DNA from: Pseudomonas aeruginosa | GTDB lineage: Bacteria; Pseudomonadota; Gammaproteobacteria; Pseudomonadales; Pseudomonadaceae | Assembly: GCF_001457615.1 (NCBI RefSeq) | Contig: NZ_LN831024.1 | Span: 300,001 to 332,000 of the forward strand | Direction of reading: 5' to 3' | Length of the DNA stretch: 32,000 nucleotides | In this document: positions 17,701 through 25,937 of the stretch, in pieces | Numbering within the stretch: position 1 is the stretch's first letter | How the letters are laid out: each line of letters begins with the position of its first letter | Notes under the pieces: model-generated | The model's database searches: none | Told to the model about the DNA's origin: nothing | Seen by the model: the letters and a program-made list of their open reading frames with translations, nothing else | Position numbers and translations under genes: made by a program

Positions 17701-19083
17701 ATGAAGAGTCGCAAGATCAACAAGTCACGACTGGCCCTGGCCATCACTGCCGGTACCCTCGGTGCCCTGGCGCAACAGGCGGTCGCCGCCGGTTTCATCG
17801 AGGACAGCAAGGCATCGCTGACCCTGCGCAACTTCTACATCAATACCGACAACCGCAATGGCACCGCCTCGCCGAGCAAGCAGGAAGAGTGGGGCCAGGG
17901 CTTCATCCTGAATTACCAGTCGGGCTTCACCCAGGGCACCGTCGGCTTCGGCGTTGACGCGCTGGGCCTGCTCGGCGTGCGCCTGGACGGCGGCGGCCGT
18001 GCCGGCAAGAGCGGCCTGGACCGCCAGCCGGGCACCGTGTTCCCGCTGGAAAGCAACGGCGAGCCGGTGCACGACTTCGCCAGCCTGGGCCTGACCGCCA
18101 AGGCCAAGGTGTCCAACACCGAGTTCCGCTACGGCACCCTGCAGCCGAAGCTGCCGGTGGTCACCTACAACGACGGCCGCCTGCTGCCGGTCACCTTCGA
18201 GGGCGGCCAGGTCACCTCGACCGACCTCAAGGACTTCACCCTGGTTGCCGGCCAACTGGAGCACTCCAAGGGCCGTAACTCCACCGACAACCGCAGCCTG
18301 AGCATCGCCGGCGCCAACGGCAGCAGCGCCAGTTCGCGCGACAGCAACAAGTTCTACTACGCGGGTGGCGACTACAAGGTCAACAAGGACCTGACCCTGC
18401 AGTACTACTACGGCAACCTGGACGACTTCTACAAGCAGCACTTCCTCGGCCTGATCCACAACTGGCAGATTGGCCCGGGCGTCCTGAAGACCGACCTGCG
18501 CGCCTTCGACAGCAGCTCCGACGGCAAGAACGGCAGCCGTTCCGGCCGTGCCGACGGCTACGTCAGCAGCGGCTACTACGGCAGCGGCGTGACCAAGGGC
18601 GAAGTCGACAACCGCGCCTTCAGCGGCCTCTTCACCTATACCGTCAGCGGCCACAGCATCGGCGCCGGCTACCAGATCCTCAACGGCGACAGTGACTTCC
18701 CGTTCCTGAACCGTGGCGATGGCGAAGGTTCTACCGCGTACCTGATCACCGACGTGCAGATCGGCAAGTTCCAGCGTGCCGGCGAGCGCACCTGGCAGGT
18801 CCGCTACGGCTACGACTTCGCCACCGTCGGCGTGCCGGGCCTGACCTTCAATACCATTTACCTGAGCGGCGACAAGATCAAGACCGCCCGCGGCGACCAG
18901 AGCGAGTGGGAACGCGATATCTCCCTGGCCTACGTGATCCCGGACGGCACCTTCAAGGGCCTGGGCTTCACCTGGAAGAACGCCTCCTTCCGCAGCGGCC
19001 TGCCGGCTGCCGGTTCGAGCAACAACCAGCGCGACCAGGACGAGAACCGCCTGATCGTCAGCTACACCCTGCCGCTGCTGTAA
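17701..19083 (+). CDS. oprE: OprD-family outer membrane porin OprE, 460 aa
   Basis: Signal peptide (MKSRKINKSRLALAITAGTLGALAQQAVAA) then an OprD-family start (GFIEDSKASLTLRNFYINTDNRNG) and beta-barrel pattern to the C-terminal YTLPLL. Confidence 0.94.
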   Translation: MKSRKINKSRLALAITAGTLGALAQQAVAAGFIEDSKASLTLRNFYINTDNRNGTASPSKQEEWGQGFILNYQSGFTQGTVGFGVDALGLLGVRLDGGGRAGKSGLDRQPGTVFPLESNGEPVHDFASLGLTAKAKVSNTEFRYGTLQPKLPVVTYNDGRLLPVTFEGGQVTSTDLKDFTLVAGQLEHSKGRNSTDNRSLSIAGANGSSASSRDSNKFYYAGGDYKVNKDLTLQYYYGNLDDFYKQHFLGLIHNWQIGPGVLKTDLRAFDSSSDGKNGSRSGRADGYVSSGYYGSGVTKGEVDNRAFSGLFTYTVSGHSIGAGYQILNGDSDFPFLNRGDGEGSTAYLITDVQIGKFQRAGERTWQVRYGYDFATVGVPGLTFNTIYLSGDKIKTARGDQSEWERDISLAYVIPDGTFKGLGFTWKNASFRSGLPAAGSSNNQRDQDENRLIVSYTLPLL

Positions 19084-19100
19084 GCTCCGGCCGGACAGGA

Positions 19101-19137
19101 AAAAGCCCGCGTCCTCCTGGAGGACGCGGGCTTTTTT
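19101..19137. terminator. Rho-independent terminator after oprE, potentially bidirectional
   Basis: aaaaGCCCGCGTCCTCCtGGAGGACGCGGGCtttttt: GCCCGCGTCCTCC pairs with GGAGGACGCGGGC, with A-tract before and T-tract after. Confidence 0.95.
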
Positions 19138-19217
19138 CATTCATGGCGCCACTCGGCGTGCCGGGCCGGCCAGGGCGAACAGCGCCGCGGCTGGCCATCC
19201 GCCCTGCGGGATGCCCG

Positions 19218-20324
19218 TCAGGCCTTGCGCGGCGCCGGTTGCTGCTGGGTGATGCAATGGATGTTGCCGCCGCCGAGGAGGATCTCGCGCCCCGGGACCA
19301 TCACCACCTCGTGCTCGGGGAACACGCGCTGGAGGATCGCCCTGGCCTCGGCGTCCTTGGGATCGTCGAAGCTCGGCGCGATGATGCCGCCGTTGACGAT
19401 CAGGAAGTTCACGTAGGAGCCGGCCAGGCGAATGGAGGGATCGCGCGGCTGGCTGCCCTCGACGATATCCACGCCGTCGCACTCTTCCTGGGTCGCGTAC
19501 AGCGGGCCGGGGATCGGCATCTTGTGTACCACCAGCTTGCGTCCCTTGGCGTCGCGGCTTTCTTCCAGCACGCGGAGGGCGGCCTGGCAGCGCAGGTAGT
19601 TCGGGTCGTCCTGGTCGTCGGTCCAGGCCAGCAGCACCTCGCCGGGACGCGCGTAGCAGCAGAAGTTGTCGACGTGGCCGTCGGTCTCGTCGTTGTAGAG
19701 GCCGTTCGGCAGCCAGATGATGCTCTCCACCGCAAGGTAGTCGCGCAGGGTCCGCTCGATCTCCGCCTGGCTCAGGTGCGGGTTGCGGTTGTGGTTGAGC
19801 AGGCATTCCTCGGTGGTGATCAGCGTGCCTTCGCCGTCGACGTGGATCGAGCCGCCCTCGAGGACGAAGTCGTCGGTGCGGTAGCGGGCGCGCCGTTCGA
19901 TCTCGAGGATCTTGCGTGCCACCTGGTCGTCGCGCTGCCAGGGGAAGTACAGGCCGCCTTCGAAGCCGCCCCAGGCGTTGAAGCCCCAGTCGACGCCGCG
20001 TACATCGCCCTTGTCGTCGATGACGAAGGTCGGGCCGGTGTCGCGGACCCAGGCATCGTCGCTGCTGATTTCCACGACGCGGATGTTGCCGTCGTCGAGG
20101 CGTGCGCGCGCGTTCTCGTACTGCCCGGCGCTGGCGCAGACGGTGACCGGCTCGAAGCGCGCGATGGCCTTGGCCACCGCGGCGAAGGCCGCCTGGGCCG
20201 GCTTGCCGCCGTTGCGCCAGTTGTCCGGGCGTTCCGGCCAGACCATCCAGGTCTGCTCGTGGGGTTCCCATTCGGCGGGCATGCGGAAGCCGTCGGCGCG
20301 TGGGGTGCTGGTCGGGTTGCTCAT
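19218..20324 (-). CDS. aguA: Agmatine deiminase, 368 aa
   Basis: Characteristic [33 protein letters not shown] and the catalytic Cys region [15 protein letters not shown]. Confidence 0.96.
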
Positions 20325-20372
20325 CGCTGCTCCTGAAATCGTTGCTATGCGCGGCGGACGCCGGCGCGGAAT

Positions 20373-20391
20373 GCGCGGGGCGTCCCCGCGC
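20373..20391. repeat. Intercistronic hairpin between aguB and aguA
   Basis: GCGCGGGG(20373-20380)-cgt-CCCCGCGC(20384-20391). Confidence 0.6.
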
Positions 20392-20409
20392 GGATCGTTT
20401 CCCGAGGCC

Positions 20410-21288
20410 TCAGGACTCCAGCGAACCGTCCAGGGTCTTCAGCGGACCGTAGAGGTTCGGCCGGCGGTCGCGGAACACGCCCCAGGCGCTGCGGGTGCGC
20501 TCCAGCGCATCGAGGTCGAAGGTGTGGACAAGGATACCTTCCTCGGTGCGGTTCAGCTCCTCGACTTTCTCGCCGAACGGGTCGGCGATGAACGAAGAAC
20601 CATAGAAGGTGATGTCGTAGCCATCCTGCTCCTCGCGGCCGATGCGGTTGGAAGCCACCAGCGGCATCAGGTTGGCTCCGGCATGGCCTTGCTGCACGCG
20701 CTGCCAGTGATCGCGCGAGCTGATGCTGGCGTCGTGCGGTTCGCTACCGATGGCGGTCGGGTAGAACAGGAGTTCCGCGCCGAGCAAGGCCATGCTGCGC
20801 GCCGATTCGGGGAACCACTGGTCCCAGCAGATACCGACGCCGATCCGTGCGTAGCGGGTCTGCCAGACCTTGAAGCCGGTGTCGCCCGGATTGAAGTAGT
20901 ACTTCTCGTGGTAGCCCGGGCCGTCCGGGATGTGGCTCTTGCGGTAGACCCCGAGGTTGCCGCCATCGGCGTCGATGACCGCGATGCTGTTGAAGCGGGC
21001 GCGCCCGGCGCGTTCGAAGAAGCTGATCGGCAATACCACCTGCAACTCCCGGGCGAGGGCCTGGAAGTGGGCGATGGCGGCGTTCTCCTCGACCGTGGTG
21101 GCCAGCTGCAGGTAGTCCGGGTTCGGCTTCTGGCAGAAGTAGGGGGTCTCGAACAGTTCCTGGATCAGGATGATCTGCGCACCCCTGGCGGCGGCCTGGC
21201 GCACCAGTTTCTCGGCGCGGGCGATGTTCGCCGGACGATCCCAGGAGCAGGCCATCTGGGTGGCGGCGACGGTGACGTTGCGGGTCAT
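20410..21288 (-). CDS. aguB: N-carbamoylputrescine amidohydrolase (nitrilase superfamily), 292 aa
   Basis: Nitrilase motifs, catalytic Cys in [21 protein letters not shown]; adjacent to aguA. Confidence 0.96.
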
Positions 21289-21386
21289 GGAGCACCTCGT
21301 GTGCTGGCTCGGATGGCTGCCGGGCTTGGCGGCGGCCGGTTGTGGGTCGGGCGGGAACGGGGTGTCGCGCCCGATCGAGTGATGGG

Positions 21387-21474
21387 CGGATTTATATCCG
21401 ATAAAAATCGGACTGTGAAGCGGTTTAAGAGGGTGTTATGGATTTTCTATCGATTTAAATCGGATATAAATCCG
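21387..21474. promoter_or_regulatory. Operator-like inverted pair upstream of aguBA (candidate AguR sites)
   Basis: CGGATTTATATCCGAT (21387-21402) and its exact reverse complement ATCGGATATAAATCCG (21459-21474); left arm continues into TCCGATaaaaATCGGA (21397-21412), right arm is preceded by the palindrome CGATTTAAATCG. Confidence 0.65.
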
Positions 21475-22112
21475 GATAATGGTTCGCTACGCTTTTCCAG
21501 GATCGGCGGCAGGTAGAGCCCCAGGTAGGCGTCGAACACCCGCATGCCTTCTTCCGCCAGGCGTGCGTCGATGATCCCGTGACGCTGGACCGACAATGCG
21601 TAAACGCGATCGCCTAGCTCCATGGCCAGGCTGAAGATCTCGATATCGGTCGGCAGCGGTGGCAGCAGGAAATGCCGCTCGAACAGGGCGCGCATGGCCT
21701 GGCCGAGTTGCACGTCATGCTGGCGATCGGCCTGGGTGACTTCGGCCAGGCCGTGGCTGGCGAGAATCAGTTGGCGGGCCGCCGCGTCGCGGGCGTAGAC
21801 CGCCAGCATGCGCTCCTCGACGATCCGCGACAGGTCGCGCCAGCAGCGCAGGCCTGCATGGTCCACCGGCTGTTCGAGGCACGCGCGGAAGGCGGCGTGG
21901 ACCTCGCCGGTCAGCCCCTGGAGCAGGGCCGGCACGCTGGGGAAGAAGTGGTAGACCGACGATGGCGGCATTTCCGCGCGTTCGGCCACGCTATAGATGG
22001 TCAGGCCGCCGATGCCTTCGTCGGCGAGCAGGCCGCGGGCGGCGTCGAGGATCGCGGCGATCCGGGCCTGGCTGCTGGCGCGGGGCTTGCGGGTGGACGA
22101 GGTGGGCTGCAT
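21447..22112 (-). CDS. aguR: TetR-family regulator of agmatine genes, 221 aa
   Basis: N-terminal TetR HTH (RIAAILDAARGLLADEGIGGLTIYSVAERAEMPPSSVYHFFPSVPALLQGL) directly upstream of aguBA. Confidence 0.92.
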   Translation of the reverse strand: MQPTSSTRKPRASSQARIAAILDAARGLLADEGIGGLTIYSVAERAEMPPSSVYHFFPSVPALLQGLTGEVHAAFRACLEQPVDHAGLRCWRDLSRIVEERMLAVYARDAAARQLILASHGLAEVTQADRQHDVQLGQAMRALFERHFLLPPLPTDIEIFSLAMELGDRVYALSVQRHGIIDARLAEEGMRVFDAYLGLYLPPILEKRSEPLSGFISDLNR

Positions 22113-22172
22113 GGCGGGTCTCCGGGCGTGAGCGGCTATTGGACGCCAGCTCACGCGACCGGGGCAAGCCGC

Positions 22173-23234
22173 TCAGTGGCTGGCGCCGCGGAAGGCCTTC
22201 CAGATCTCGTCGACCACCGGCCGGAGCTTTTCCGGCGGCGTTTCCAGGGCGAACAGGCGGCGGCTGGTGTCGCGGTCCGGATACAGGCCCGGTTGCTGGC
22301 GCAGGGCGGGATCGAGGAAGCCGGCGGCGTCGGCGTTGCCGCTGGGGTAGAGGGTGGCGGCGGTGATCTGTGCGGCGATCTTCGGTTGCATCAGGTAGTC
22401 GATGAAACGGTGCGCCTCGCGTGGATGCTGGGCGCCGGCCGGGATCACCAGGTTGTCGATGAACAGCACCGAGCCTTCCTGCGGTACCTCGAAACTTACC
22501 GGCTGGCCCGCCTTGGCCGCGCGCAGGGCGTCGCCGACCCAGGCCATGGCCAGGCAGAGGCGACCGCCTTCGAGGTCGGCGATGTAGCGCTCGCTGTCGA
22601 CGTAGCGCAGGTTCGGTCGCAGTCCGTGCAGCGCCTCGGCGGCGCGGCGTACCTGGCTCGGCGCAGTACGACCGAGGTTGCGGCCCTGGTAGTTGAGGAG
22701 GATCGCCAGGGTTTCGTCCGGCGCGTCCAGCAGGCTGATGCCGCAGCTTTTCAGGCGCTGGCTCTGGCTGGCGTCGAACAGCAGGCTCCAGCTGTTGGGC
22801 AGCGGCCCGCCATAGGCGGCTTCGGCCTGCGGGGTATTGATGGCCAGGCCTACGGCACCCCATAGATAGGGGACGGCGTGGCGATTGTCAGGATCGACCG
22901 CGGCCAGTTTGCTCAGCAATTGACGGTCGAGATGGCTGCGGTTGGGCAGCTGGGTGAAGTCCAGCGGCCGCAGCAGGTTGTCCTTCAGCAGGGCCGGCAG
23001 GGTGTCGTGGGAGGGGACGGCGACGTCGATCGCCTCGCCACTGCGCAGCGCCTTGTCCAGTTCCTCGGCGGTGGCGAAGGTGTGGTACTCGACGCGGATG
23101 CCGGTGTCCTTCTGGAAGGACTCGAGCACCTGCGGGTCGATGTAGTCGTTCCAGTTGTAGACGCGCAGGGTCTCCTCGGCCTGGGCCAGCCAGGGTGCGA
23201 GGGCGAGGAACAGCAGGGCGGAAAGGCGGGGCAT
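22173..23234 (-). CDS. PotF/PotD-type polyamine periplasmic binding protein, 353 aa (PA0295-like)
   Basis: MPRLSALLFLALAPWLAQAEETLRVYNWNDYIDPQVLESFQKDTGIRVEYHTFATAEELDKAL; signal peptide, VYNWxDYI motif shared with SpuD/SpuE. Confidence 0.92.
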   Translation of the reverse strand: MPRLSALLFLALAPWLAQAEETLRVYNWNDYIDPQVLESFQKDTGIRVEYHTFATAEELDKALRSGEAIDVAVPSHDTLPALLKDNLLRPLDFTQLPNRSHLDRQLLSKLAAVDPDNRHAVPYLWGAVGLAINTPQAEAAYGGPLPNSWSLLFDASQSQRLKSCGISLLDAPDETLAILLNYQGRNLGRTAPSQVRRAAEALHGLRPNLRYVDSERYIADLEGGRLCLAMAWVGDALRAAKAGQPVSFEVPQEGSVLFIDNLVIPAGAQHPREAHRFIDYLMQPKIAAQITAATLYPSGNADAAGFLDPALRQQPGLYPDRDTSRRLFALETPPEKLRPVVDEIWKAFRGASH

Positions 23235-23379
23235 GGAATCTTCTCGCTGGACGGAACGGAGCGGACGATGGTGCCGGAGCCAGGCGGCAGAGGCATTGAT
23301 GCAGGCCAGCATCGAGTCTGGCGGGAGGCGTGGCGGCAGGCTGTGCCGTGGCGCACATTTCCCGGTTCCGAGAAAAGGA

Positions 23380-23438
23380 CCGGGGCGGTTTCCCAGACAC
23401 AGACGCCCCCGCGTTGAGTGTCTGCGAAACCGCCCCGG
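23380..23438. repeat. Long inverted repeat / hairpin between spuI and the orphan binding-protein gene
   Basis: CCGGGGCGGTTTC(23380-23392)-c-CAGACAC(23394-23400)-17 nt-GTGTCTG(23418-23424)-c-GAAACCGCCCCGG(23426-23438): 13 bp + single mismatch + 7 bp. Confidence 0.8.
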
Positions 23439-23489
23439 ATTTCGCTGCGTACGGCGCCGGCCCAGGACCGGCGCGCCGATACCGCTACC

Positions 23490-24866
23490 TCAGACGGTAT
23501 GCAGGTACCAGTTGTACTCGAGGTCGGAGATCGAGTGCTCGAACTCCTCCAGCTCGCTTTCCTTGCAGGCGACGAAGATGTCGATGTACTTCGGGTCGAT
23601 GTACTTCGCCATGATCTCGCTTTCGTCCAGCTCGCGCAGGGCGTCGCGCAGGTTGTTCGGCAGGCTCGGCTCCATCTGCTCGTAGGAGTTGCCTTCGATC
23701 GGCGCGCCCGGCTCGACCTTGTTGGTCAGCCCGTGATGAACGCCTGCCAGCACCGCTGCCAGTAGCAGGTAGGGGTTGGCGTCGGCGCCGGCCACGCGGT
23801 GTTCCAGGCGTACCGCGTCCGGGCTGCCGGTGGGCACGCGCAGGGCCACGGTGCGGTTGTCCAGGCCCCAGCTCGGCGCGTTCGGCACGTAGAACTGCGA
23901 ACCGAAGCGGCGGTAGGAGTTGACGTTCGGGCAGAGGAAGGCCATGGAGGCCGGCAGGGTCTCGAGCACACCGCCGATCGCATGGCGCAATGCGGCGTTC
24001 TGCTCGGGATCCTCGCTGGTGAAGATGTTGTTGCCATGCTTGTCGAGCAGCGAGATATGCACGTGCAGTCCGTTCCCGGCCTGGCCCGGATAGGGCTTGG
24101 CCATGAAGGTGGTGTCCATCTCGTGGTCGTAGGCGATGTTCTTGACCAGGCGCTTGAGCAGCACCGCGTGGTCGCAGGCCTTGAGGGCGTCGTTGACGTG
24201 GTTGAGGTTGACCTCGAACTGCGCCGGTGCGGATTCGGCGACGATGGCGTCGGCCGGGATGCCCTGGGCGCGGGCGCCGTCGATGATGTCCTGGAGGCAC
24301 TCGACGTATTCGTCGAGGTCGTCGATGGAGTACACCTGCACCGACTGCGGACGCTTGCCGGAGATCGGCGAGCGAGGCGGTTGCGGCCGGCCGTTCACGT
24401 TCTCCTGGTCGATCAGGTAGAACTCCAGCTCGAAGGCGGCGACGATGGTCAGTTCCATCTCGGTGAACCTGGCCACCACCTGGCGCAGGACTTCGCGGGG
24501 GTCGGCGAAGAACGGCTCGCCTTCCAGTTCGTGCATGGTCATCAGCAGTTGCGCGGTCGGGCGCTTCTGCCAGGGTTCCATGGAGAGGGTGCCGGGGATC
24601 GGGTAGCAGATCCGGTCGGCGTCGCCGATGTCGAGACCCAGGCCGGTACTCTCTACGGTGGAGCCGGTGATATCGAGGGCGAACAGGGAAGCGGGGAGAT
24701 TGATACCTTTTTCGAAGACTTTGTTCAGACTGTTGCGTTCGATCCGCTTGCCGCGAACCACGCCATTCATGTCTGCAATAAGGAGGTCGACGAACTGGAC
24801 CTCGGGATGTTCCTTGAGGAACTCGCTCGGTTCAGTGAGCTGAACGGCACGCTGGGGTACCGACAT
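23490..24866 (-). CDS. spuI: Glutamine-synthetase-like gamma-glutamylpolyamine synthetase, 458 aa
   Basis: GS-family sequence (TFMAKPYPGQAGNGLHVHISLLDKHGNNIF, TGSPDAVRLEHRVAGADANPYLLLAAVLAG) in spu context. Confidence 0.94.
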   Translation of the reverse strand: MSVPQRAVQLTEPSEFLKEHPEVQFVDLLIADMNGVVRGKRIERNSLNKVFEKGINLPASLFALDITGSTVESTGLGLDIGDADRICYPIPGTLSMEPWQKRPTAQLLMTMHELEGEPFFADPREVLRQVVARFTEMELTIVAAFELEFYLIDQENVNGRPQPPRSPISGKRPQSVQVYSIDDLDEYVECLQDIIDGARAQGIPADAIVAESAPAQFEVNLNHVNDALKACDHAVLLKRLVKNIAYDHEMDTTFMAKPYPGQAGNGLHVHISLLDKHGNNIFTSEDPEQNAALRHAIGGVLETLPASMAFLCPNVNSYRRFGSQFYVPNAPSWGLDNRTVALRVPTGSPDAVRLEHRVAGADANPYLLLAAVLAGVHHGLTNKVEPGAPIEGNSYEQMEPSLPNNLRDALRELDESEIMAKYIDPKYIDIFVACKESELEEFEHSISDLEYNWYLHTV

Positions 24867-25054
24867 GATGCAACACCTTTTTTGTTAAAAATTTCAATCA
24901 TGCGGGGGGTAGGCTATGAGTCAATCCGAAAGCCTGTGGGATGTCAATAGCCGCCAAAAACGCCCTCTTGTGGGGCGTTGAGGCCGTTTTCAGGGCATTT
25001 TCGCCGGACGAAAAGCCGAAAAAAACCTCGCGTCGAAGGGTGTTCAGGAGTGCG

Positions 25055-25095
25055 TGTTCAATTTTTTACAGGCCTATTGTGTAAAAAAATGAACA
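25055..25095. promoter_or_regulatory. Inverted repeat upstream of spuA, candidate polyamine repressor (PauR/PuuR-like) operator
   Basis: TGTTCAATTTTTTACA(25055-25070)-ggcctattg-TGTAAAAAAATGAACA(25080-25095), 15 of 16 positions complementary. Confidence 0.55.
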
Positions 25096-25144
25096 ACGCT
25101 AAGCTCGGCCAAACCCCATAACATCTACAAACAACGGGTGTCTC

Positions 25145-25897
25145 ATGTCTCGCCTGCCGTTAATCGGCGTCACCGCCTGCACCAAGCAGATCGGTCTTCA
25201 TCCCTACCACATTGCCGGCGACAAATATCTGCGTGCCGTCGTCAACGGCGCTGGCGGTCTCCCGCTGATCATTCCTGCGCTGGGCGAGTCGATCGACCAG
25301 GCAGCCCTGCTGGACAGCGTCGACGGCTTGCTCTTCACTGGCTCGCCGTCGAACGTCGAGCCCCGTCATTATAGTGGACCGGCGAGCGAGCCCGGCACCC
25401 TCCACGACTCCGACCGCGACGCCACCACGTTGCCGCTGGTCCGCGCCGCCATCGACGCCGGCATTCCGGTCCTCGGCATCTGCCGCGGTTTCCAGGAAAT
25501 GAACGTGGCTTTCGGCGGCAGCCTGCACCAGAAGGTGCACGAGGTCGGAACCTTCATGGACCACCGCGAGCCGGCCGACCAGCCGCTCGAGGTTCAGTAC
25601 GCGCCGCGCCATGCCATGCATGTGCAGCCGGGCGGAGTGCTCGCCGGTATCGGCTTGCCGAGCGAGTTCCAGGTCAATTCCATCCATGGCCAGGGCGTTG
25701 ATCGTCTGGCGCCGGGCCTTCGAGTAGAAGCACTGGCGCCTGACGGGTTGGTCGAAGCCATCTCCGTAGAAGGTGCAAAAGCCTTCGCTCTTGGTGTGCA
25801 ATGGCACCCGGAGTGGCAGGTTCTGACGAACCCCAACTATCTCGCTATCTTCCAGGCTTTCGGTAAGGCCTGCAGCAAGAGGGCGGGGCAACGTTGA
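25145..25897 (+). CDS. spuA: Class I glutamine-amidotransferase-like gamma-glutamylpolyamine hydrolase, 250 aa
   Basis: Nucleophile elbow PVLGICRGFQEMNV and C-terminal GVQWHPEW; first gene of the rightward spu cluster. Confidence 0.95.
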   Translation: MSRLPLIGVTACTKQIGLHPYHIAGDKYLRAVVNGAGGLPLIIPALGESIDQAALLDSVDGLLFTGSPSNVEPRHYSGPASEPGTLHDSDRDATTLPLVRAAIDAGIPVLGICRGFQEMNVAFGGSLHQKVHEVGTFMDHREPADQPLEVQYAPRHAMHVQPGGVLAGIGLPSEFQVNSIHGQGVDRLAPGLRVEALAPDGLVEAISVEGAKAFALGVQWHPEWQVLTNPNYLAIFQAFGKACSKRAGQR

Positions 25898-25937
25898 GTC
25901 CGGCTGTTGGGGCCGGACTCTCAACCCTGAGGTCTTT

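Noticed and set aside
17725-19140. 471-aa minus-strand ORF opposite oprE
   Set aside because: Antisense shadow; the plus strand is an unambiguous OprD-family porin with signal peptide and terminator.
19912-21516. 534-aa plus-strand ORF opposite aguA/aguB
   Set aside because: Antisense shadow; the part at its C-terminus (GFISDKNR) is a by-product of the inverted operator arm related to the aguR 3' end.
25089-25121. 10-codon micro-ORF MNNAKLGQTP upstream of spuA
   Set aside because: Its ATG is inside the AT-rich operator-like repeat with no Shine-Dalgarno; not supportable as a leader peptide.
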